In this document: piece after piece, positions 1 to 8,500 of the stretch
How positions within the stretch are numbered: position 1 is the stretch's first letter
How the letters are laid out: each line of letters starts with the position of its first letter
Source of the DNA: a virus
Taxonomy: Duplodnaviria > Caudoviricetes
Virus record (IMG/VR): IMGVR_UViG_3300037400_002732
Location: 96,001-160,000 of that record
Reading direction: 5' to 3' (one strand)
DNA: 64,000 bases
The notes under the pieces: model-generated
Told to the model about the DNA's origin: nothing
The model's input: only the letters and a program-made list of their open reading frames with translations
The model's database searches: none
Translations under genes and position numbers: made by a program

Positions 1-5
1 CTGGC

Positions 6-644
6 ATGAAATGGAAGATGAAGCACCAGTACGACAGTCTTTCCGCTGGACACCATTCAGATGCGCCGAAGGACGACAACGGCGAGGACATTGCACCTCG
101 CGTCCGTACGCCGCACTTGTGCGCCCACTTGATTGCAGCTTTCCAAGGTATGATTGCATGCGCTGGATCTATCATGAAGGATGCTAGAACGGCAACACCG
201 CCTACACACGAGGAAGAAGCTCCGCAACCCACGCAAGAAAAGCACCCGGTCATCGGCAAGCAGCAGTCGGAAGAAAAATCTAATGAAATTATAAGTAATG
301 CGGCAGATCAAAACGAAGCCGAAAAGGCTCGACAAGAAGCCATGGATTCATTCAGTCAAGGTGAAGGCGTCAAGACCGAAGAAACCCAAGCGGCCCTAAA
401 CGCGCTCGCTGACAACCTTAATCCGGAGGCCCAGCCGACTGAAGATGAGGAAGTCGAGGATCCCGGCCTTGGACTTATCGGTAAGCGTGACGCGGAAGAA
501 AACGATCCAGTCAAGCAAAGTAGTCTGTTCGCTTACGACGACAACGCCGACAATCCTATCTTCGACATCCCTCTTGATGAGGAAGAACCAGAAGAAGAAG
601 TTGACGGCGACAACGTCATCGAGGAACCTATCGAACTGCCATAG
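6..644 (+). CDS. Hypothetical protein with acidic low-complexity C-terminus; probably truncated by the window start
   Basis: The frame is open to the window edge; E/D-rich tail; converges on the ORF ending at 646. Confidence 0.6.
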   Translation: MKWKMKHQYDSLSAGHHSDAPKDDNGEDIAPRVRTPHLCAHLIAAFQGMIACAGSIMKDARTATPPTHEEEAPQPTQEKHPVIGKQQSEEKSNEIISNAADQNEAEKARQEAMDSFSQGEGVKTEETQAALNALADNLNPEAQPTEDEEVEDPGLGLIGKRDAEENDPVKQSSLFAYDDNADNPIFDIPLDEEEPEEEVDGDNVIEEPIELP

Positions 645-645
645 G

Positions 646-1143
646 CTAGTTCCAGATGGGTTCCATCGTCGCTACGGTAATCTGGTCGGACGTATTGTTC
701 CACTTGTAATTGTTACCGATTAGCGTCATGAGTACATCGTAAATGACTGCACGAACAACACCGTTCTTCACTGACTGAAGGACGGTATTTAAGTACATCT
801 TGTCGCATTCCTCGCGACCATACTCATTGAATCCGGATTCCTCGTACAACGCAGCAAGAACGATAGTTGCCGCTGGATCCAGCTTGACTCCTATAAGTTT
901 CAGCACCTTCGCAACAATGTGTGGAAGCGGATAGGTCGCCGTAAAGCCCTTGTGAATCGTCACTCGGCTGCGGACACTGGTAAAGTCAATACTGGTGAGA
1001 TCTTCGGTATCGTCATCGACATCGCCATTCAACACGACAATCTCAGCAACAAAGTCCTTGGTCAAGACCAACTTTCCGTCCTTCTTGACGATGGCCTTAC
1101 GATTTTTTTCATCGACGACAATATTACGAATATACTGGGACAT
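646..1143 (-). CDS. Hypothetical protein
   Basis: ORF with GGTGA SD-like sequence before ATG 1143; downstream of the polymerase-like gene. Confidence 0.7.
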   Translation of the reverse strand: MSQYIRNIVVDEKNRKAIVKKDGKLVLTKDFVAEIVVLNGDVDDDTEDLTSIDFTSVRSRVTIHKGFTATYPLPHIVAKVLKLIGVKLDPAATIVLAALYEESGFNEYGREECDKMYLNTVLQSVKNGVVRAVIYDVLMTLIGNNYKWNNTSDQITVATMEPIWN

Positions 1144-1183
1144 AATCACTCACCTTTTACTTTAGAAATTAGTCTAAAGTAGT

Positions 1184-2794
1184 TTAGGCGGCGTTAAAGT
1201 CCACCGGTTGGCAACTACGCTCATCCAATTCGTTGATGAAGCACTGGTCTGGGTTCGACGGCAAGGCAGCTTCGTATTCGTACTCGTACTCGATATCGGT
1301 ATGGGTCGGAATATCTTGGTTGAGAAGTTCCTCGTCCATAATGTAGCGGACATATTCGGCACAGTCTGCCGGAACAATGATGGAGTCGTGGACGGTGCAG
1401 AAATGACAGCCGATTTCTTCGATAATGCGCGGGCAAACCTTGTCGAAGACAAAGCTGCTTTCGATCTTCTGCATTTCGTACGCCAACGCAGCATGGCAAG
1501 ATTCCTTCATCGCCCACATGCACTCGTAGAGATTGTGGAAGTACTTCTTCCAGCAACGCTGAACTGCGGCACGGACTGGCTCACGCTTCTCATTGAAGTA
1601 AAGCGGAGAGAACAAGAAGGAAAGCATTCCCTTCTTAGCCTCGTCACGAGTAAGCTTGCGATTTAGGATAACGTCTTCGCTACATTCCTTCTGGAAGAAC
1701 TCATAGATCTTTCCATCGGCCACCAAGTTACGGTAAAGGTCGAGTTCGGATTCCATGTTGTCAAGCATGGTTGACTTCATGGATTCGTGCTTCCAGATCG
1801 GACGGAAACGGATAAATGTATCGCGGTTCTCGGCAAGGTCATTACGGTAGAAGTCGATATAACGGCGGAACACGGCAATGATGAACGCTGCCTGGGAAGA
1901 CTTGATATCGACTTCGGCAACAGACTCTCCATCGCAACGCAAGGCAGCATGACGGATTTCCTTCTTCATGTTCGTTACGTTGGTATGAATGCGGCCATAC
2001 TTGTCGTGCTTTACATACAAGTCACCATTAGCTTCGTCGCAGAGACCATTGAAGCGTTCGATCTTGGCTCTTTCCATAGCCTCGTTGGACGGAGTCATCT
2101 GCTTATTGGCCACCATTTCCTTGAGGGTCTTGTCAGCAACAGACTGGTCAACGCTGAAGTGGCTCAACTCGTTATAGCAAATCGCCACGACCGGATCTTC
2201 CATGGAGATACGCTTGCGTTCCTCGAAGGACTTGGCAATGCGCTTGAGAACAATCGGAGACGTAATGGCGTACTTCATCATGGAGCCATGCACCACGACT
2301 TCGGTATTCTTGAGCTTCTTGTCGGCACGAGTCTGCAAGTAAGTGGCGTAGCTGTTCTGGTAAGGAGCGCAGAGCCAGAAAGCCTTGCACTTACCCTTAC
2401 GGTTGGCATCACCTTTGATATAGGTTTCGGAACGGCCAATAAAACCGTTCTTGACCAAGCAGTTAATGGCAGTAATGTACTGATCGCCCAGCATCTTGTG
2501 AAGAAGGACTGCAGAAAGGTGGCAAGTCCAATACTTACGCGGAATGACCGGATTGACAATCATGTTGGTGGAAAAATCACTACGGAGCTGGCTAACGACC
2601 ATGTAAAGGACGAGGGCCATTGTATCGACAAGGGTCTTGGATGTAGGCGAGTGTCCGTTAGTTGTCATAAATTCGTGACAAAACTGACTAAATGCCTTGC
2701 ACAACATGGAAGGAAGTTCGATCTTGAACTCTTTGGAGGACTTATTCCTCTTCATTTGCGAGTGTTGGTTTAAAGGTTCTACGTTCACATCCAT
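1184..2794 (-). CDS. Family-A/T7-RNAP-superfamily polymerase-like protein (TV-Pol-like) with N-terminal winged-HTH-like region and no exonuclease domain
   Basis: Motifs YGRIHT, motif A EVDIKSSQ, motif B RDEAKKGMLSFLF, MQKIES and motif C TVHDSIIV occur in the right order. Confidence 0.7.
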   Translation of the reverse strand: MDVNVEPLNQHSQMKRNKSSKEFKIELPSMLCKAFSQFCHEFMTTNGHSPTSKTLVDTMALVLYMVVSQLRSDFSTNMIVNPVIPRKYWTCHLSAVLLHKMLGDQYITAINCLVKNGFIGRSETYIKGDANRKGKCKAFWLCAPYQNSYATYLQTRADKKLKNTEVVVHGSMMKYAITSPIVLKRIAKSFEERKRISMEDPVVAICYNELSHFSVDQSVADKTLKEMVANKQMTPSNEAMERAKIERFNGLCDEANGDLYVKHDKYGRIHTNVTNMKKEIRHAALRCDGESVAEVDIKSSQAAFIIAVFRRYIDFYRNDLAENRDTFIRFRPIWKHESMKSTMLDNMESELDLYRNLVADGKIYEFFQKECSEDVILNRKLTRDEAKKGMLSFLFSPLYFNEKREPVRAAVQRCWKKYFHNLYECMWAMKESCHAALAYEMQKIESSFVFDKVCPRIIEEIGCHFCTVHDSIIVPADCAEYVRYIMDEELLNQDIPTHTDIEYEYEYEAALPSNPDQCFINELDERSCQPVDFNAA

Positions 2795-2911
2795 AAGGTA
2801 GTAAAACTTTCCCTAGTTGTCAATCTCCATTGCAGGATTTAATTAAGACGAACCAGCGGTGCTAGTCCGGTCTTATCGCTGAGTTTATGGTCTCAGTGAT
2901 AACAGTGTACA

Positions 2912-2940
2912 AAGTTAAACTAAATCAATTTGAATTGCAA
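2912..2940 (-). promoter_or_regulatory. Sigma70-type promoter for the polymerase-like gene
   Basis: TTGCAA-17 nt-TAACTT on the minus strand. Confidence 0.5.
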
Positions 2941-3151
2941 GCAAACTTAACCTCCGGTACATCCGACCATTTTAATGTTTCGGAAATCAATAGATAGGAT
3001 TACCACATTATGTAAACTAAAATCATTGAATGTAAAGAAGAAGTTTACACACCGGAAAACAAAGTACTGACACACAGCCGCCATAGCGGCCCCCATTTAA
3101 ATGTTTCGAGTTTTTATAATATATATATAGAGTAATTTGCAATTCAAATTG
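2926..3151. repeat. Structured AT-rich intergenic region, candidate replication origin
   Basis: Perfect 15-bp inverted repeat (2926-2940 / 3137-3151); 15/16 direct repeat CCATTT(T/A)AATGTTTCG (2967-2982, 3093-3108); GCCGC-CATA-GCGGC hairpin (3077-3090); TA-rich run (3111-3129). Confidence 0.55.
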
Positions 3152-3165
3152 TTTATGGCTATCTT
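3137..3165 (+). promoter_or_regulatory. Sigma70-type promoter for the uvsW operon
   Basis: TTGCAA-17 nt-TATCTT, 8 nt before ATG 3174. Confidence 0.55.
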
Positions 3166-3173
3166 AGCATATT

Positions 3174-3677
3174 ATGCCTTATAACTCTACCATAACAATC
3201 GAATTGCTGTCAATGTTCCGCTGGAAGGAAACTGGATGGAAGACTCCAGTCTCCCTCATTTCCCCGGACGTCACCATCAAAATTGCAGCACATGACTCTT
3301 GCTTGAACCACCGTTGGTCTGTTCAGCTCGACAATGCGGAAGTCAACCTTCATAGCGAACTCGCCGATGAGTCGCTGAAGGACACGCTCGTCGCTGTAGT
3401 CAAGTCCAGATTGACCAAGGACATGAAGATTATCCAGATTTTCGGTGATTCTATGCGCCGAGGTGCTACCAAGCGTCTCAAGGCTCAAGCGAATATTTTC
3501 AGCGAGACCAACTACCGTATCGACTTTTCCCATAAATATCGATTCATCGTTGTTCTCGAAGGAACTTCTTTGGATAAACTGGACGGCGTCTATCTGGTTC
3601 CGTCGTATCTTCCGGCTCCGAAAGACGGATACGACGAGGATTCGTTCTACAAGATGCTTTGCTACGAGAGAGTATAA
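3174..3677 (+). CDS. Hypothetical protein
   Basis: 167-aa ORF, TAATG-coupled to uvsW. Confidence 0.7.
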   Translation: MPYNSTITIELLSMFRWKETGWKTPVSLISPDVTIKIAAHDSCLNHRWSVQLDNAEVNLHSELADESLKDTLVAVVKSRLTKDMKIIQIFGDSMRRGATKRLKAQANIFSETNYRIDFSHKYRFIVVLEGTSLDKLDGVYLVPSYLPAPKDGYDEDSFYKMLCYERV

Positions 3678-5458
3678 TGCAACCCCAACAACAGTTAATA
3701 CAGCCTTCCGTCGTTCGGTTCGCTTATTACGATCCGGTACTGTGTGAAGTTCAGATTACTTCGCCAGATCCCAAGACTGTACACTTGATTAACAGTTTTA
3801 TAGCCGCTTCGATGACTTTCTATGACAAGCAGAAGTCGAGACAGTGGGAAGTCAAGGAAGGCTTCAAGACCGCCTTTGTCACATTTTACGACAAGTCTAC
3901 CCATTTACTACCGATCGGACTGATTCCTCGCGTGAGTCGTCTGGTTATTAGCCGTTTCAAATCCAAGATCGACTTGTCCAAGGAAATTAAGGACTTGTTC
4001 GTCGCGCCGTACGGAACTCTTACTTCCAGTGAAATCATCGGATTTGCCAATACGTTGAATTTGCATAACGCGAACACGAACAAGCCGATCGTTCCGTATG
4101 AACACCAGTACAAGCTGGCCGAACGTGCGTTGAACGGACGTAGGATTTCATTACTAGCTTGTACGAGTGCTGGCAAGTCGCTGGCCATGTGCATTATCGC
4201 GAGATACTTGATTTCTAGGGAAAAAAAGAAGTTACTAATCGTTGTTCCGTCCACTAACTTGGTGAAGCAGCTATTCACCGATTTTCAAGATGACTACGGT
4301 TGGGCGGACGCTCGCAAGTACTGTACGCTAATTTATTCCGATTCTGACGACAAGCTAACGAAATCCAAGAAGGAGCAGCTTGCGAAGTATGGTCTCGGCG
4401 AAGACAGTGTACTGAAGCAGATTACGATTTCGACTTGGCAGTCATTACAACGTAAGCCGGACAAGTTTTTTGAGTGCTTTACCGCCGTCATGGTGGATGA
4501 AGCGCATTCGACTCGTGGTGTCAAGCTGCGCGACATTTTGACCAAGTGTGTTAATGCCGCCGATTTCAAGATTGGCGTGTCCGGTACTTTGCCGGATGAC
4601 GGCATCGATGCTGGCTATATCGAAAGCCAGCTGGGCCGTAAGGAAGAAATTGTTCGTTTGAAGGAACTCGTGTCCAAGGGCGTTCTGACTCCAGTAACGG
4701 TCAATGCAATCTTGATCCCATATCCGCCGCAGCTACGCAAGATGATCTGCCGTCAGACTTACGACGATGAAGTCGCATTCTGTTCGGCCAATACTTCTCG
4801 TCGCGATATCATCAAGATTTTGATCGATAAGAACAAGATAAACACTTCGCAGAATACTGTTATCTTGTTCAAGAATATCGAGCCACTGGAAGTCATGCAC
4901 GATTACTTGAAGGTAAACTATCCGCAGTTCCAGTACCACATCATCAAGGGTGACGTGTCGGTAGATGACCGCGAAAATATCCGTAAGTCGATCGAGTATT
5001 CGACCGGGCACATTATATTGGCTACCTACGGATGCATGAAGCAAGGCGTGAACATCAAGTTACTACACAACCTGGTATTTGCCGAGCCAGCGAAATCGAT
5101 TTACATGGTCGTGCAGTCTATTGGTCGTGTCGTCCGTCCGCATAAGGACAAGAAGATGGCTTACGTCTATGACTTGGTCGATGACGCTTCGTACCAGTAT
5201 ATGTCTCGCTCTGGTTATCCGTGCTTGAAGACGAACTACATGATGAAGCACTACGACATCCGCCGTTCTTACTACGACGCTGACGAAATTCCGGTAAACG
5301 AGATTAACTTCAGCGGTCTCTATGAAGCGAAGATCGACGAGGAAGTCATTGCCGAGCGCAAGCGCAAGGCTGCAGAGAAGGCGAAGGCAAAGGCCGAGAA
5401 GGTACAGAAGGCTGCCACCAAGAACGTATTCAAGAATAAATTTTTCCGTAAGGGTTAA
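3677..5458 (+). CDS. uvsW: UvsW-like SF2 DNA helicase
   Basis: PYEHQ Q-motif, TSAGKS, VVPSTNLVKQ, STWQS, VDEAH, GVSGT, GVNIKLLHNLVFA, QSIGRVVR, VYDLVDD. Confidence 0.9.
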   Translation: MQPQQQLIQPSVVRFAYYDPVLCEVQITSPDPKTVHLINSFIAASMTFYDKQKSRQWEVKEGFKTAFVTFYDKSTHLLPIGLIPRVSRLVISRFKSKIDLSKEIKDLFVAPYGTLTSSEIIGFANTLNLHNANTNKPIVPYEHQYKLAERALNGRRISLLACTSAGKSLAMCIIARYLISREKKKLLIVVPSTNLVKQLFTDFQDDYGWADARKYCTLIYSDSDDKLTKSKKEQLAKYGLGEDSVLKQITISTWQSLQRKPDKFFECFTAVMVDEAHSTRGVKLRDILTKCVNAADFKIGVSGTLPDDGIDAGYIESQLGRKEEIVRLKELVSKGVLTPVTVNAILIPYPPQLRKMICRQTYDDEVAFCSANTSRRDIIKILIDKNKINTSQNTVILFKNIEPLEVMHDYLKVNYPQFQYHIIKGDVSVDDRENIRKSIEYSTGHIILATYGCMKQGVNIKLLHNLVFAEPAKSIYMVVQSIGRVVRPHKDKKMAYVYDLVDDASYQYMSRSGYPCLKTNYMMKHYDIRRSYYDADEIPVNEINFSGLYEAKIDEEVIAERKRKAAEKAKAKAEKVQKAATKNVFKNKFFRKG

Positions 5459-5460
5459 TC

Positions 5461-6819
5461 ATGGAATTCAAGTCAAAGCCCATCAAGAGTTATCCGTACA
5501 AGAATAAGCGTCTCATGGTCATAGACTGGGCTTCGCTTTCATATCATCAGCTCTGGTCACTAAAGACGAAGAGCAGTAAGCAACGTCTCGGTAGCGTACT
5601 TGCCGAAGACGAGGAACTGACCGTATGGCGTTCAAAGATGTTCAACCGCATGCTCGACTATATCCGTCTGTTCAATCCACTGGATATCATTCTTTGCCTC
5701 GAAGGAAAGAATGCATGGCGCAAGAAGGTAGTGAAGGACTACTATTCCGAACATGCCATGATCTATTGGGATAACGTTGGTTACTATGTATCGAGCGACA
5801 ATTACACGTATCGCGTGACGAAGGAAGGCGAAGACTGCTATTCAGTCAACAAGGTTTCGCCTCGTGTGAAGGCCGTGTATGAATCGCTAGACCATCGTGT
5901 CCTTGGTAAGCTGCCGCAGAAGACTCAAGACATGCTGTGGAGTATCAAGACATCGACAGGTACTCCGGTTCTTCCGTCATACAAGGGAAAGCGTGGCGCG
6001 TCCGCGTGGGACTTCAGCGTTGACAAGAAGTACTGGCAAGCGTATAAGGATGAATACGCGATGGAACTGGCACCGTTCTTCCGTGCCAAGGCGGTCAAGT
6101 GCGCCATTGCCGAAGGTGACGATATGATCTACGCTGCTGTCAAGAAGTATAGCGGCGATTACGACGACATCATTGTCATCACACGCGACTCCGATATGTC
6201 CCAGATCGATGTGAAGAATGTAAAGATTTTTAATCATACGTCGGAAAGCTTTGTTGAATGTGCTTATCCTCAGCAGTACCTTGCTGCCAAGGTTCTGTCT
6301 GGCGATACCTCTGACAATATTCGAGGCATGGCCTTCGTGGACGCCAAGACTGGCGAGCTGAAACCCAGCAAAGCTAACGGCGTGTCCGAAAAAGAAGCCG
6401 TGATTCTTATGGAAAGCTGTCCAAATATTTACGCAGTTGCTGAGGCTAACGGCTGGGCAGACCAGTACATGAGAAACCGTACACTGATCGATCTCTCGAT
6501 GGTGCCGCGTAACGTGTCCGAGGCTATCGACGAGGTGCTGGAACAGCCAGCCCCAGCGTTGAACATCGACTGGGCTAAGGCTGCTGAATGGGGATTCCCA
6601 GAGGCCAAGGTTGACTATTATCGTACGCTGCAGCAGTTCGGATTCTTCTCGGTGATTGCTCGTGAAAATGCCAACCCAGAGTCGTTCCAAGGCGAAATGT
6701 TGGCTCGCAAGGAAACCGAAATGAACCAGAAGTTGCTTGACGAAACGTCCAGTGGGCTCGATTTTGGCGAAATTGGCGAAGAGTTCGGCATGCCCACATT
6801 TGACTTATCGGACATTTAA
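5461..6819 (+). CDS. rnh: T4 RNase H-like 5'-3' exonuclease (FEN family)
   Basis: VIDW, WRK...YKGKR, EGDDMI, TRDSDMSQ, LSGDTSDNIRG, RNRTLIDL. Confidence 0.85.
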   Translation: MEFKSKPIKSYPYKNKRLMVIDWASLSYHQLWSLKTKSSKQRLGSVLAEDEELTVWRSKMFNRMLDYIRLFNPLDIILCLEGKNAWRKKVVKDYYSEHAMIYWDNVGYYVSSDNYTYRVTKEGEDCYSVNKVSPRVKAVYESLDHRVLGKLPQKTQDMLWSIKTSTGTPVLPSYKGKRGASAWDFSVDKKYWQAYKDEYAMELAPFFRAKAVKCAIAEGDDMIYAAVKKYSGDYDDIIVITRDSDMSQIDVKNVKIFNHTSESFVECAYPQQYLAAKVLSGDTSDNIRGMAFVDAKTGELKPSKANGVSEKEAVILMESCPNIYAVAEANGWADQYMRNRTLIDLSMVPRNVSEAIDEVLEQPAPALNIDWAKAAEWGFPEAKVDYYRTLQQFGFFSVIARENANPESFQGEMLARKETEMNQKLLDETSSGLDFGEIGEEFGMPTFDLSDI

Positions 6820-6828
6820 AGTTATATT
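6800..6828 (+). promoter_or_regulatory. Sigma70-type promoter
   Basis: TTGACT-17 nt-TATATT, followed by GAGG SD and ATG 6845. Confidence 0.6.
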
Positions 6829-6844
6829 TTGATTGAGGTTTTAT

Positions 6845-8500
6845 ATGGCTAATACACCAGTAAACGCATTGGTTCGTGTAGCAACGAACAATGATCTTGA
6901 TTTTATTGAATGGCTCGAATACCATATCGCGCTAGGTTTTGACCGTATCTACGCATACGACACCGGGAACCATGGCTGGCTTCCGGAAGTATGCCGCAAG
7001 CATTCTGACCACGTCACTCTTATTCCGATGGCGAATAACGACTGGCGTAAGAAAAGTAACATCATCAAGGCGTATGTCGAGCAGACGTTGGATCCGTCTT
7101 GGGCTGTCTGTCTCGAAGACGATGAATATATCTGGATGGATTTGAGTATTTCTCGTTCCATCAGTAATTTCATCAACAAGCATGTCGCGCCACGCTCACT
7201 CGCCATGTCGGTCTATGTGAAGTACATGTCTTCTGAAAAGCCGATGAAGAGCCGTGTCGGTACTTTGATCGATTGCTTCCAGCATGTTCGACCGAATCCG
7301 CAAGGTTTTGTTCATCCGTGCCAGTTGACTCCGAACTGCTCCTTTACGTTCTTCTACGTGCCGAACAACAAGTGTGTGCCGATGAGCGGCCCACTTACTC
7401 CGAATGTGAAAATGTGGATCGACTCTCGTGGCAGTGCATTGGATAACGCCCACTTGGGCGCATATCTGGCTTCACAGAGCTACAACCCAGACATCTATCC
7501 GATTCGCGGTTACAAGTACGCTCTGAAGTCTGGCATTGAAATGGGCATGGCTCCAGGAACCAAGCCGGTCGGCTATACCGTCCGCGACAACCACATGCTT
7601 GAAGCAAGGGCTGCGTTGCTCCGCATTCCGGTCAACGAATCTACCGAGACTATTTATGCCAAGTCTGAAGTTCTTGTCGAAAAGCCAGCACTTCCGAAGC
7701 GCGAATTGTCTCCGGAAGAAACTGCCGAACTCGAATTGCCAGTACCGCTCGGCAAGATTGACACCTTTATCCTTTACGGCTATCCGCTTGAACATGTTAT
7801 CGAGTTTGCCGCGAAGAATGGTTACGAAGATACCGAAGAACATCGCGAGGTTATCAAGCGTGTCTATCGTCGCGAATGCTCCATGATTATTGAATCTACT
7901 CCGGTGTACAAGCGTCTGTACGAAATGGACAAGCTTGGCCATTACACTGACGACATGGTGTGCGCCGAATTGAAGATTAGCTATCCGGCGTTGGTGAAGA
8001 TGCGTAAGTGCATGTCGGTTCTCGACATCGAAGAACACGAACAGAAGAAGGAAGAAACCGCTAAGGTCGAAGCTGCCGCAGATGCCGAACAGGCAAAGGC
8101 TGTGGTTGATGCTGACAATATCGCCGACCTCACTTCCCAGTTCGATGCGACCGTGAATGCAAATCCGGTGTCTAAGGAAGACGAAAAACGTTTTGAAATC
8201 AAGGTCGAGGAACGTCGTGCGAAGCGTCGTGAACAGAACAAGAGGTCGAAGGAACGCAAGAAGGCTAACGAAGAAGCCAAGAAGCAGTCCCTCGAAGTAA
8301 CCACGCCGACTGAACCGATTGACACTAAGGTTGAAATGAAACCGAAGGCTGAGGCACTGAAGGTTATTGAGGAACCGAAGGATGAAGAGCCAGCTCAGAC
8401 TGCTGCTACTGCCGCAGAAGAGGAAGTGGTTCTCGATCTTGGTGCTGACGACTTGCTTTCCAATACTGACCTTTCTGCGTTTGGGAATGTAGATGCATAA
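6845..8500 (+). CDS. Glycosyltransferase-like protein (GT92/GT2_4-type N-terminus) with HTH-like segment and charged tail
   Basis: EWLEYHIALGFDRIYAYD and W..CLEDDEYI match the GT92-like pattern; TDDMVCAELKISYPALVKMRK resembles an HTH. Confidence 0.65.
   Translation: MANTPVNALVRVATNNDLDFIEWLEYHIALGFDRIYAYDTGNHGWLPEVCRKHSDHVTLIPMANNDWRKKSNIIKAYVEQTLDPSWAVCLEDDEYIWMDLSISRSISNFINKHVAPRSLAMSVYVKYMSSEKPMKSRVGTLIDCFQHVRPNPQGFVHPCQLTPNCSFTFFYVPNNKCVPMSGPLTPNVKMWIDSRGSALDNAHLGAYLASQSYNPDIYPIRGYKYALKSGIEMGMAPGTKPVGYTVRDNHMLEARAALLRIPVNESTETIYAKSEVLVEKPALPKRELSPEETAELELPVPLGKIDTFILYGYPLEHVIEFAAKNGYEDTEEHREVIKRVYRRECSMIIESTPVYKRLYEMDKLGHYTDDMVCAELKISYPALVKMRKCMSVLDIEEHEQKKEETAKVEAAADAEQAKAVVDADNIADLTSQFDATVNANPVSKEDEKRFEIKVEERRAKRREQNKRSKERKKANEEAKKQSLEVTTPTEPIDTKVEMKPKAEALKVIEEPKDEEPAQTAATAAEEEVVLDLGADDLLSNTDLSAFGNVDA

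Noticed and set aside
3570-3581. GGATAAACT inside ORF 3174-3677 as a late promoter for uvsW
   Set aside because: Only the core matches, and it lies about 95 nt from the start, outside the usual spacing; could be chance.
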